NCBI RefSeq assembly: GCF_032191835.1 | Contig: NC_083228.1 | Coordinates: 101,060,001 to 101,124,000 of the forward strand | Length of the DNA: 64,000 nucleotides | Direction of reading: 5' to 3' | Origin: Heteronotia binoei | Lineage: Eukaryota | In this document: positions 40,901 through 54,000 of the stretch, piece after piece | How positions within the stretch are numbered: the first letter of the stretch is position 1 | Layout: each line of letters begins with the position of its first letter | Program-made: the position numbers and the translations under genes | The notes under the pieces: generated by a model | Told to the model about the DNA's origin: nothing | Databases searched by the model: none | What the model saw: only the letters and a program-made list of their open reading frames with translations

Positions 40901-43900
40901 CAATAAGTTCCGTTTTCCTTCTATCTAATTGTTAATTTCTTCTCTTAGTATCTCCATCAGAGTATCTACCTCAGCTAAGTCTAGAACTAACGAAAAAGAA
41001 AACTTTCTTTCTTCTACACTGTGGTCCCAAAAAGAAGAAAAAAAAAACATTGGCATTTCAAATCATCTTACTTTGTTTGTGAATTGCATGGTATCAATTT
41101 GTTTCCCTGCAACAAAGCAACCAGCAATTTCGGAATACACTTTCTTCAGTTTTATTGGTGTAATATGCCAACGATATAACTTTAATGATTTGTCTCTCAT
41201 CGTCTGGCAGACCAATTCCTTCATTTTCCTCCTAATACACCTTATATAAACCTCTCTCAGCAGGCGGTGTTCCTTGAAAAAAATAAGGCAAGCTCTATAG
41301 CCATTTTCTATATCTTTCTCCAATTCCTTTTTCTTCATACCAAGAACTGGTGTCAAGATCTCTACTATCACTTCCTTTATATGGTCATACCTATCCTCTG
41401 GAATATTCTGCATTCCTGAAATATGCTCTACCTGCACCGTTTCTATTCTCACTAATCTGTCCCCTTCGTATTTTTGAACTTTTTCAATCTCCTCAGACTT
41501 TTCATTCACTACTTCCAACTTTCCTTCCACATATTTTGCAGATTGTGTCAAGCCATGAATCTCTTCCTTTACTTCCGTCAGTTGCTTTTGCAGGCCATCT
41601 AATTTCTTATTTACTCCATCTAATTGTTCTGTCAGATTTGCCTGCACCTGACTCAATGCATTCATAAAATACAATTGCATAGAATTCTGCACTTCCTCTA
41701 TAACTTCCTGTGAGGACATTATCTCCATCAGTTTTAAAGTTGCCAATAGTGGGACTAACCTATCTATTTTGTCTTACTTGTATGTCATACTCATTTTTCT
41801 ATTATCCAAGGTCTTACTGACACCCCAATTCCAATTCATATACTACTACTTCGCCTTACTTCACTCAAAATTCATACATCACCTTCCTTTAACACTCTCA
41901 CATACCAGTTGGTTTTTATATCCTTAAATTACTATTCTTTACCACCAAACACCCTTCACCTGAACATTCACATTAACTCATTACATATAGAAAATCATAC
42001 AGAAAATCAGCAGTCATCAAATTAACAATAGTTAATTATTCAATCCATTAATTATTTGTTAACTGTCTCTTTTGAATCCTTAATGTTCCCCAACCGCTTA
42101 TCCTTCTGTCTTCCTCTTCTTCTTCTCCTTTTTCTTCCTCTTCCTCTTCTTAATCTCAATCTCTGCTCCTCTCTTCTGCTACCAGTTCAAAAAGCCAGTT
42201 CAGTAAATCCATTCCTGTTCTTCCACATCTCTGCCAACGGAATTCCAGCTTCTCCACCTCACCTCCGCCCTTGCGTTCCTGGAAACTCTATACTAACATC
42301 AAAAGTCTCCCATCTTCAGATTCAACTCATTTCAAAGGTCCAGTGACTTTATTTCCACCCTGTATATTATAACCACTGTTGAGCCTTTATTTAGCTCCCT
42401 GTCTCTTTAAGAAAATCGCCATGCACAAGCATATGGGAAAAGGGAGAGGAAAAGAGGTTCGTGAAGGCTCCCTTTAAATCGTCAGAAATCTCCTGCTTCT
42501 TTCCTCTTTTCCCCCCTTCTTCACCTCCTCTGTCTCAGTGCTCTTCACAAACTTTTACAATCATAGCCAGTCTTCGACTCCCAACCTCTGCCGTTGCTGC
42601 CAAGGTAGTCCTCCACCACTCCTCCGCTTTCTACCTTTGTGCATTCGCCAAACCAGGTCTCTTTCCCCCCAGCGTCGGATTCCACTTGAAAGTAGGGGCA
42701 AAACAACGCACTTAGTAAGTTCTTTCCTTCGTTTATATCTCCAGTTTAGGGTCAGATATACTTTCCCCCCCCTTCTTCACCATTTATTCTGTCCTCCAAA
42801 TGCCGCTTCGCCTACTCCCCTTCTCCGGTGGTCACAGCTAATTCGCCATTAAGGCGTCTGGTCTATCCGGGCTTGAAGTAATATGTTGAACGGGCTCTAT
42901 GCTCAGAAAAACCGGCACAGAGCACCCAGCACTCCTCCGCACGAGTGCCCCTCCAACAGAGGCACCACCGAGTTCTTACCAACTGAAGAACCCCCCAAAA
43001 AAGACCAGCACAGACGCTGCAGAGCCGGAGCTCCTACAAACACGTCTGTTAGCACCGTGCCGTTACCGGAAACTCCGACTTCACAATGAGTGCTTTTGAT
43101 AAAAAGTCTGTACTTAGCCACAAGGGCCTTGTAAAATGTGAATCAGTCTGCCTTTTTGTATTAAACTCTACGATAATTATTGGATGGGGAGATTTGGCAG
43201 TAAGTCATATGATTAAGATATGATTCAAGAGCCCCATGGCTCAGAGTGTTAAAGCTGCAGTATTGCAGTCCTAAGCTCTGCTCACAACCTGAATTCAATC
43301 CCTGGCAGAAGCTGGATTTTCAGGTAGCTGGCTTGAGCTTGACTCAGCCTTCCATCCTTCCAAGGTTGGTAAAATGAGTGCCAGCTTGCTGGGGGGAAAG
43401 TGTAGATGACTGGGGAAGGCAATGGCAAACCACCCCCTAAAAAAAAAGGCTGCCATGAAAACGTTGTGAAAGCAATGTCACCCCAGAGTCTGAAACGACT
43501 GGTGCTCACACAGGGGACCTTTCCTTTCCATATGATTAAGTGAATTATTTTGTCCTGCTGTCTGTGAAATTTCTCCTAGAGAGAGGCTGGAACTGCAATC
43601 TTGCTTGGTAAGTCATCGCTGGCAGTAGTATATGTGAAAAGGAGCTGGGTGTCTTAGTGGACCATACAATGAATATGAGTCAGCAGTGCGATGCGGTAGC
43701 TAAAAAGGCAAATTCGATGTTGGGCTGTATCAACAGAAGTATAGCGTCCAGATCACACAAAGTGATGGTATCGCTTTACTCTGCTCTGGTTATGTCTCAC
43801 CTAGGGTACTGTATTCAGTTTGGGGCACCACAATTTAAGAAGGATACAGACAAGCTGGAAAGTGACCAGAGGAGGGCAATGAAGATAGGATTTTGAAGAC

Positions 43901-46900
43901 CAAGTCCTATGAGGAAAAGTTGAAGGAGCTTGTATGTTTCACCTGGAGAGGAGATGGCTGAGAGGTGATATGACTCACCATCTTCATGCACTTAAAAGGG
44001 TGTCATATAGAGGATGTTTTCTGATGCCCCAGAAGGTCAGACCAGAACCAAAAGAGTTTCCAGCTAAACATTAGGAAGAACTTCCTGACAGAGCAGTTCC
44101 TCGGTGAAACAGGCTTCCTCAGGAGGTGGTGGGCTGTCCTTTGGAGGCTTTTAAACAGAGGCTAGATGGCTATCTGGCAGCAATGTTGATTTTGTGAATG
44201 TAGGTAGAACTTAGAGGGGAAGTATTTTGTGAGTTTCCTGCACTGTACATGGGGGTTGGACTATATGACCCTAGAGGTCCCTTCCAACTCTATTCTATGA
44301 TGACTTTACATCTGTGTGATGTCATCATACCAATGACATCAGCACAGGTGGGGGGTGTACAGGGGTGAGGCTCCCCCACTGGCCAGCTGGGGAGAGGTGG
44401 ATTAGAGCCCCCAAAATTGGAGGAACCCCTGCCCAGACCAGAGGGCTGGCAACCCTAAGATGGACTGTATTCAAATGTCACACTGTATTAAAGTTTTATT
44501 AAACTCTCATTTATACAATGACTTATTATGACATTGAATGAAACTTTAATACTCCTGTTCATACCCACTTGAATATGTCATTATCTCTGGACTATAGGCA
44601 CAAATCCAAGTCTGAACTTGCCTTCCATCTGGCTTTTCAAAGCCAAGGAAATATGAGATTCAGTTGTTAGAAGTACAATACATGTAATAGACAGAGGAGT
44701 GATTCTGGAATATAAATGGTTTAGATGAGAGCTTACGTACCTTTTTGTCCCGGGAGGCCCCGCAATCCATTATCTCCTGGAAGACCTATATTTCCTCTTA
44801 AACCTGGAAGTCCAGGTGGCCCTGTTGTTCCAGGAACTCCTGGCATGCCTTTCATTCCAGCTGGGCCTGGTGGTCCCACATCTCCTTGTAAGCCTTTGGA
44901 GCCCTTGAAACCTGAGAAATAGTTTCATTGATATTACCTCAGAGCAGAAAGCACATCTTCCAGAAGCCCATGCCAATCAGTTTGTTTTTCTGAACTGCTT
45001 TGGTCCATGCAGTCAAAATTCCTTCCCTGTTACTTCTTCCATTGTCATAGCTCCTGGTCTTCTTACCACTTACCTTCTTTGGAACTTGTTTTTTTTTAGT
45101 GAAATTAAGATTATAATAAAAGGGAAACATATACAAATCCCTCCAACATTTCTCAGAGAAAAAGATGCTGATGGTCATTTCCAGACAAAACTACTATTAT
45201 GAGATGCAACCCCACCCCCCCAATCATCCTCAGGTACTCCATTACTTTTTAGAATCTAAAAACTCAGCGCTTGGAACTACTGACTTAGTACAACTGTAAT
45301 AAAAATTTCTGGGTGCCTTTACACTAACACTTTTCCTGATCTTCACAAGAATCTTTTTAAAATTTTTATTTTTTATTTATTTAATTCGATTTGTATTCCA
45401 CCCTCCCTGCCGAGGCAGGCTCAGGGCAGCTCACATATGCTCATGTGTATACATGAGTATAAACATATAATAAAAACATAAAGACAATAAAAGTAATTTA
45501 AAACATAGAAATTAACATTTCAGGTGCTATGATCTTAAGTTATGTTGCCTTGCTATTCCAGCTAGGTGTTCTCCACAAAGCAAATCTTAGTGGTCCAGAT
45601 GTTCTATATAGAGCAGATTGCAAGAGGTGGTCCAGATATTTTCAGAGACTGTAGTAGCCAGCGGAATAAATTGCGAATGCCTGGTGGAAGAGTGCTGTCT
45701 TACAGGACCTGCGGAAATGAATGCACTCTCGCAGGGTCCTGACCTTAGGGAGCTCATTCCACCAGTGTGGGGCTACTACAGGAAAGGCCCTAGCTCTAGT
45801 TGTCATGAGCCTGGCCTCTGTAGGGCTGGGGATTGAAATAAGGTTTTTAGACCCAGACCGAAGTGCTCTCCGAGGAACATGTGGGGAAAGGCAGCCCCTA
45901 ATGTATGCAGGTCCCTGACCATGGAAATAAATAAATAAAATATAGGGCTTTGAAGGTAAGAACCAGCACCTTGAAACAAAGCCGGTATGCATTGGCAACC
46001 AATGCAGCGCTTTCAGCACAGGTTGGACGTGTTCCCGTAGGGGAAGACCCGTTAACAACCTGGCTGCAGCATTCTGCACTAGGTGGAGCTTTCATCTGCT
46101 CTTTTAAATATACATTTCTTTAGGGGGGGGAGTAGTTTAAGGTGCTCCTCACCATACAGAACAACAAAAGTTCAAAGTGGAACACAGTCATTATTTTTAT
46201 TGACACATAAATGGGGAACAAAATTAACTGAAAAAAACTAGTCATTTAACTGAATTTCCCTTTTCAGGGTGGGAAAGTACTGGCAGTTACTTCCTCTTGG
46301 TAAGTGGGTCTCATGATGATCTTTTACTACTAATGGGAGGGTGATTGAGCCTATAGTCTGCAAAAAGCTCCCCTCCATTCTATAAACTTAACTGAAAATT
46401 AATCAAACATCACCATTTCATAGCATGCAACTTTCTGTACTTTTGAAATAAATCAACATGAAAGAGAAAACAAGAACAGGACACATGCTACCAGACTAGC
46501 TGACTAAGCTGGTGTGACGGTAATGAACGGGTTAACAAGAAAACTAAGGACGCATAGAGCCTGCGTCAGGTGATCTGAGGGTGGGGGCCAGAGTGCTCGA
46601 AACTCTCAGAGGTGATTGACAGCTAACGGCTGAGGGCAGTTAGTGACAGACAGAGTCTGAGGGAGACTGCTGAAGAGAGCAGTTGGTCTGAGAAGGAGCT
46701 GAGACAGGAGCTGAGGAGAGTCTTCGAGAGAAGCAAAGCTCACTGTTCACTCTATAAAGACAGCCACGGGGCTGTGTGACTAGAGTAGAGTCACAGTAAA
46801 AGACCTGAGAGGTCACAGACACAGAGACACTTCTCTTAAAAGCTAAAGAGGTGGTTGAGGGAAAGATGTGGGTCTAGAAATCTGAAGGGCTGGGAGAAGA

Positions 46901-49900
46901 GACACCAGTCGACTTAAGAGACTTGGCACATTATACCCAAGAGGCCAACCCAGAATAGTGTTGGAGAGTGAAAGCTGTAGGATCTGTGAAACCTGAGAGA
47001 CCTAAGTGAACTTGATATTATAAAGCCTAAACTACGAAGAAACTGTTAACTGCCTGAGATACAATATAGCCCATGTATATATTTCCCATTCCCCAGTTGA
47101 AGACGGTGTGTGTACATTAATAAATTTCTGTGGTTTACTTTAAAGTTCTCTGGTGCCAGTATATTGGGAAAACTATCAAAGCTGCTGTGATCCCCTACAA
47201 ACTGAGTTTATATCCATCTGAAAGCAAAACAAAACCCCCGAAGAGACTAGTAGTGAGAAATCCATATTACACCCGCCCCTTGAGTTCCATAGCCGTGAGG
47301 TAAAATTTTAAAAGAAGAACTGAGGCGGAAGAGAAACTGGGGTAGCCATAAGCCGCATATAGAAGCGATCCAGTGAGACCGCGAGGCGCGCTGGTTATAG
47401 CTAGTTCTAGCAGTAAGATAACTAGTTCTTCCTGGGTCCACATTAGGGCTAATATAAGAAAGAAGCACTCCATCCCCCCCCCCACTTAAGAGATTCTGTT
47501 ATAAGTAGAGTGGGTAGGCAGCTCTACTGGTAACACTGAGGCTGTGGTCAGATGACAGGCTTAGAGTGGTCTAACTCTGCCTCTGATTTCTCCATTTTAT
47601 TTTGTAACAGAGTTTTGATCAGTCATCCCACCTTGAAACCACTTCACCACATGCTCACTCCATAGTTGATAGATCAGATTACTGCTGCATGGCAACCACG
47701 GAGCGGGTGGTTGGGCAGCTTTTTTAAACCTATCTTTTGTGCATGCACATAACCACATATTCAAGGCACTGTGTAATACCACCCCCAAAATTGGCAGAAA
47801 GTGTTCCCCTTGAATTTGTCACTCAAAAAGAAAACCCCAGGGGGCTCCCAATCCAAACAAGGTATTTCACATGCAGAGCTTTACAGCTGTGGTACAAATA
47901 TGCAGTTATGCGCATATTACTAATTGATTTTTTAAAAAAACACCTGAAACCAGAACAGAACATTCAGATTTCCCAAACAGCTTGAGACCGTGATGGATTG
48001 ATCAGACACCTGGAAATGCAGGGTGAAACTACTAAAATCTGTAAAGACCAGGCTTTCCCTGATGTCAAATAACTCCAGCTCGAAGATGGATGAGAATAGG
48101 GTGCTGATGATTGGGGAACAGTAGACGGATGTTGCTGTCTGAACCTGCATTTTAAATCTGTAGGGCAACAGCAACAACATTGGATCAAACAGCTTGTCTG
48201 ATTGCAGCCTGAGAATGAAAACACAGGGTAAATGACCATTTCTTCTTTCTCTAGTGTTAGCAGGGTAGGACACTCTTTTCAAATATCAAAACAGCATTTC
48301 ATCCGCTAGAGTGGATAAGTAAGACTTGCATGCCAAAGGCTGTGTCTAGATATGAAAATATGGTAATTCTTAGAGTAAGTGTGCAAATAGCTTTCCATTT
48401 AACAGAACCACAGATGTTTTCAACTGAATGACTTCACTTGCAGTAGCATGGATGCTTCTCACAAGAAATGGACTGTAATTCCCTCTGGTGGATGCCTGTT
48501 ACTGATTACATATGCCCTGTGTGAAGCCACCCTTTTGCTCTTTTGTTTGCTCTTCAGCCCCAGAATCTGAAGCACCTTTTGAAAAGCTCAGCAAAAATTT
48601 CCCAGGGGAACAAGCAGTCTTCCTCTGTTTCTCTCCCTAGTTCTTGTTCTAAAAGTTCCCCTTTTTGTTGGGGGTTATTTACTTATTTATTTAATTTATA
48701 GTCCATAATCAAATTGAGGGTAATTCTACAGGGATATGATCCCAAGTACTCCATCAGATATAGTCTGAAATACAGACTTCTTACATCAGAGTATATATGC
48801 CTTTTTGTCCTAGGAGGCCCCCCAATTCATCATCCCTGTGAGTAGGCTTAGGCAACTTGGGTTCCCCAGACTGCCTTGGGGCCTGGTTCTGTAGGTGGGA
48901 GCTATTGGCTAGATTGAACTGTGGTAGCTGATCCCCAGCAGATCAAAAGAAACTCACACTTAGATGCATTCCTTTTCAAGAGTTACAATGACTATTGGAA
49001 CATTTCTCTATGCTTTTGTGTTTCTTGGCCTTCATATGGTGAAGCTTATGTTAACAAGCTGTTCAAGACAGCCTGCTAGGTAGACCTCTGGATTTCCTTG
49101 GCAACAGCCTTTCTAAACTAGGTAATTAAATTTAGATAACCCCCCTCCCTCAAATATCTGGGTCTGCCAGCAAATCTGTCCCTCCCTTTTCTCAGGTTAC
49201 TCACTACAACCTGGGAAACAGATGATAAGTGGGAAGGAGCAAGCACTACCGCTGCTGCCTGCTTTCACTAAGAGATACTCTTCCACAAAGAGATACTTCT
49301 AAGATATACTGCTTCCACTGAGAGATACTTCATTTCCACTAAGAGATACTCTGCTTCTTGCCCTCTGCCTCCTGCTGCCATAATGGAAGCAACATGGCAT
49401 AGAATCATGCTAACCATCATGTCAGCTGACCAGTTGGCTTTCTTTCCTGGACTAAAGGTTGGGAAAGAGCACTAAAGAAAAAAGCCACTGTGTATAGAAG
49501 TGGCTGCTTGTATATAATCTATCTCTCTGTCTACATGTGTGGTTTATCACCTCTCAATTTCTCATAGGAGGGGAAGTATTGCACTCAGGAGCACGAAAGA
49601 TCTCGACCTATTGGCAGTTAGGCAACAGGGTGCCAAGCTAGCTGTCAAAGCCTCCACTGTGCAGTGAATTGGAGTTTTGTTTTAGAAAAAGGAGGTGCAG
49701 GGGGGACATCCTAACAGTAGGAAGCCACACTCATGGCACATTTTCCATGCCCCAAACCAGAGCTGAAGACTTAAGCAAGTAAAGGCAACTCAGCATGCCT
49801 GGACATCTGGGGAGGACATTCTGTTTCTCTTTCCATCAGGACCTGATTGTGTGTATGTTTCATTCTTACTGAACAGGATGTCTCTCCTTGCCTAAAATGG

Positions 49901-50996
49901 GAGCTTCTCCTCCTCCTCCTCCTGTCTCTTGATGTTTTCCCCTTCTTCTCATGATCTTCCAAGAAGCAAGACCTTTCTGTGGCTCTCGCCCATAAGCAAC
50001 CATGCTGACTTTACATTCACCTAATACTAGACAAGACAGCTGGTTGTTTTAGGGGAAAGTATCCTTTAGACTGGGATCTTACCTACTTCTGCTACAATTG
50101 ATGTGAATCTACTTCAGTAAAATTATATTTTGTCTCCCCCCCCCCCCCCCAAATATATATATATATATTTGCTGTGTGCATGTTCGCTGAGCATGAATTC
50201 ACATTTTTGCTAACTGTGCAACTCTACTATACTAACCAATGAATAAATCCCAATACTAAGATGGTGTGAGTGGGAGAGAAGAAAAGTCATCAAAGAAATA
50301 TGGCAGGCTCCCTCCAACAGTAGCAGCAAGGAAAAAAAATCCTACTATTGCTACCTGGGTAGGCTGGTCTCAGTAATCATAGAAAAGCTCCTTCCCTTGG
50401 TCACACGAAGTCATCAAGGGATGCTGCTTGTTATCAAGAGATGGCATTTCCCAACAGTAATGACAGCACCACCCTGAGTAACACTGAAAGATGTGATGTT
50501 TTCTTTCCTCATTGTGCCGTGCTCACCTGGAGTGCCTGGGGGTCCAATGTAGCCTGGAGGTCCTGGTGGCCCCCACAAGCCTTTGTCACAGGTCAGACCT
50601 GGTGAGCCAGGGTAGCCTGGGACTCCAGTAGAACCTTTTTTTCCTCTAATACCTTTAGTTCCTGGGAATCCTGGTGTGCCAGGCTGCCCTGCAAAGAGAT
50701 TACATTTCTCAGAAGCAAAAAACATTAAAAAGACAACCACTTTGCTTTACAACTTTCTCATTAAGGTGGGAAGAGTTCTGTTTAATTCAGATCAACACAG
50801 ATTACTTAAACCTGGTATTGATTCATTTAATGAAGTTTTTAACCAGAATAGGGGTTTTTTTAATTGTTTGAATTTTAATTTCTGCACATGTACTTCCATG
50901 GGAGAAGGAAATAAGAACATAAGAACATAAGAGAAGCCATGTTAGATCAGGCCAATGGCCCATCCAGTCCAACATTCTGTGTCACACAGCGGCCAA

Positions 50997-51084
<88 letters not shown>

Positions 51085-54000
51085 TGTGGCTAATAGCCAC
51101 TGATGGACCTCTGCTCCATATTTTTATCTAACCCCTTCTTGAAGGTGGCTATGCTTGTGGACGCCACCACCTCCTGTGGCAGTGAATTCCACATGTTAAT
51201 CACCCTTTGGGTGAAGAAGTACTTCCTTTTATCCGTTTTAACCTGTCTGCTCAGCAATTTCATCGAATGCCCACGAGTTCTTGTATTGTGAGAAAGGGAG
51301 AAAAGTACTTCTTTCTCTAGTTTCTCCATCCCATGCATTATCTTGTAAACTTCTATCATGTCACCCCTCAGTCGACGTTTCTCCAAGCTAAAGAGCCCTA
51401 AGCGTTTCAACCTTTCTTCATAGGGAAGGTGTTCCAGCCCTTTAATCATTTTAGTTGCCCTTTTCTGAACTTTCTCCAATGCTATAATATCCTTTTTGAG
51501 GTGCGGCGACCAGAACTGCACACAGTACTCCAAATGAGACCGCACCATCGATTTATACAGAGGCATTATGATACTGGCTGATTTGTTTTCAATTCCCTTC
51601 CTAATAATTCCCAGCATGGCGTTGGCCTTTTTTATTGCAAACGCACACTGTCTTGACATTTTCAGTGAATTATCTACCATGACCCCAAGATCTCTCTCTT
51701 GGTCTGTCTCTGCCAGTTCACACCCCATCAACTTGTATTTGTAGCTGGGATTCTTGGCCCCAATGTGCATTACTTTGCACTTGGCCACATTGAACCGCAT
51801 CTGCCACGTTGACGCCCACTCACCCAGTCTCAACAGATCCCTTTGGAGTTCCTCACAATCCTCTCTGGTTCTCACCACCCTGAACAATTTAGTGTCATCC
51901 GCAAATTTGGCCACTTCACTGCTCACTCCCAACTCTAAATCATTTATGAACAAGTTAGGAGCAGAAGTGCAATTTTGGGACTGCCATTTGCCCAGCACTT
52001 TCCCCCATCAGTACCATGACTAAGGTATAACTCAGTGCTGTGGCTAAATAGCCTTCCTTTTGGAAGACTTTATGGGTTCAGATTAGCTTTGCCCCAACCT
52101 TAAACATTTGCATACTAGAAGCAAAAAAAAAAAAAGACATTCCCTGCTCTGGTCTTGTACTCATTTCTTTACTCTATACAACAAAGATGAGATAGAAGGA
52201 AAGTAGAATCACTGCTGAAAGCTGCTTCCCCAAAGCAATTGCTTCACAGTATTCCATGGTAAGGCCAGTCCCTTGTTCACTGTACAGATTCACAGGATGT
52301 TCTCCTCTCATTTCCCGAATTCAAAGACGCATTTAATATCCCCTTCCACAGTACAGTAGCAAAACAAACTACATCATAAACTAACTGTTTGGCTTGACCT
52401 TACATTTTGCATCTACTACCACTCTGGAAATCTTCAGAGTCATGAAAACTCTAGTAGCACAGAGACATGCCTCTACTTCAGCGGATCTGTGGCTTGTGGT
52501 TTACATAAAGAAAGGTCAGCACAGAATGTTTGAAGCAGGAATAATATTACTTCCACTCAGTGAAATAATATTACTTCCACTCAGTTTTGTAGACCTTCTG
52601 CATGCCAAGCAGATGCTCTGCCACAGAGGTTGTGCTATAGCAATATAAAAGGTCTACAAGTTAACAGCATATATTGTGTTTGCTGAACTTCATACTGGTT
52701 TCCCTTTCTGACACGTCCCTCTTTCTTAAACTTTTTCAACTATAGTTTCCAAACAGAGACAGGTCTTATGTTCTTCAGTTTCTTATGTGAGAAATACTAT
52801 TTATAAATATTTTGCTGCTTTCTACTCCACCCCCTCTCCAAGAATTGGGGACCCAAACAAAATCTTAAAAATGCAAGATGAATCTGTACAAATGTGTCTC
52901 ATACCTTGAAGTCCAGGTAGACCTGTGTCTCCTCTGATTCCAGACAAACCTGGTAGTCCTGGAAGGCCTCTGTTGCCTGCAATTCCTGGAGGGCCATAAC
53001 TGATGTCACCTGGAACACCCTTCTGACTTTGAGGCCCAGGAGCACCTGGCAATCCTGGAGCACCATCCACCCTGGAACCACTTCTACCTTCTTCACCTGA
53101 GTCACCAGTCTCACCCCTGACACCTAAAGAACAATGAAATCTCAGTAATCTTAAACTGCTTTAATGATATGAAATTGAAATTGTCGGTGTTTCACATACA
53201 TATATTTTAGAATAAAAAACAGGCTAGGATTTTCAATCTAGGCTAGCAGTGGGTCCCATATGCTATTTTTTTTTAAAGTAATCTCTACTGCTATCTAATC
53301 TATTTTGCCTAGAACAAAGTTTGAGTCCAGTGGCACCTTTAAGACCAATAAAGTTAGCCGCCCTGAGCCACCTAGGCGGGGAGGGCGGGATACAAATAAA
53401 ATCTATTATTATTATATAGCATACATATATGTTGAGGGTAAGCAGTAAATTAGCTGCCCTGAGCCTGCCTAGGCGGGGAGGGCAGGGTATAAATAAAAGT
53501 TTATTATTATTATTATTAAATTAGCATACAGCATAACGAAAATGTTTAACAGATTCAAGGACCAAACAGGTTGAACAAGCTTAGTTTATATGGACTGGTA
53601 ATTTCCATTTTATTGTATCTGAAGAAGTGTGCATGCACGCAAAACCTTATACCTTGAATAAAACTATGTTGATCTTAAAGATGCCACTGGACTCAAACTT
53701 TGTTCTGCTGCTTCAGACCAACACAGCTGCCCACCTGACTCTATATTAACTAGTTATGCAAGGAGCTGGATTAAGCTTTATGCTTTATCCAAAAGGCACA
53801 CAATCTATCACTGAGCCTCAGGTCCTTCCCGAAACAGAATTTAATGTCCATCCAACATTAAAATACTCGCTTACTGTGTGGAGTCTGCACAGTGTAAAAG
53901 GAAAAGAGGCAGAGCCAATTCAAGGTAATGGTTTGTACCACAGTGTGTGCATTCCCACATGTAACAAATAAAAATACTTCGGCCTTCTTGCACTTACCTT

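Noticed and set aside
49264-49350. CRISPR-like repeat-spacer array
   Set aside because: Repeats are only about 9-14 bp and degenerate, linkers too short and self-similar, vertebrate intron, no cas genes.
52540-52585. 24-bp-period tandem duplication; also the (GATAAT)-like tract near 59270-59345
   Set aside because: Ordinary slippage or low-complexity sequence with no sign of function.
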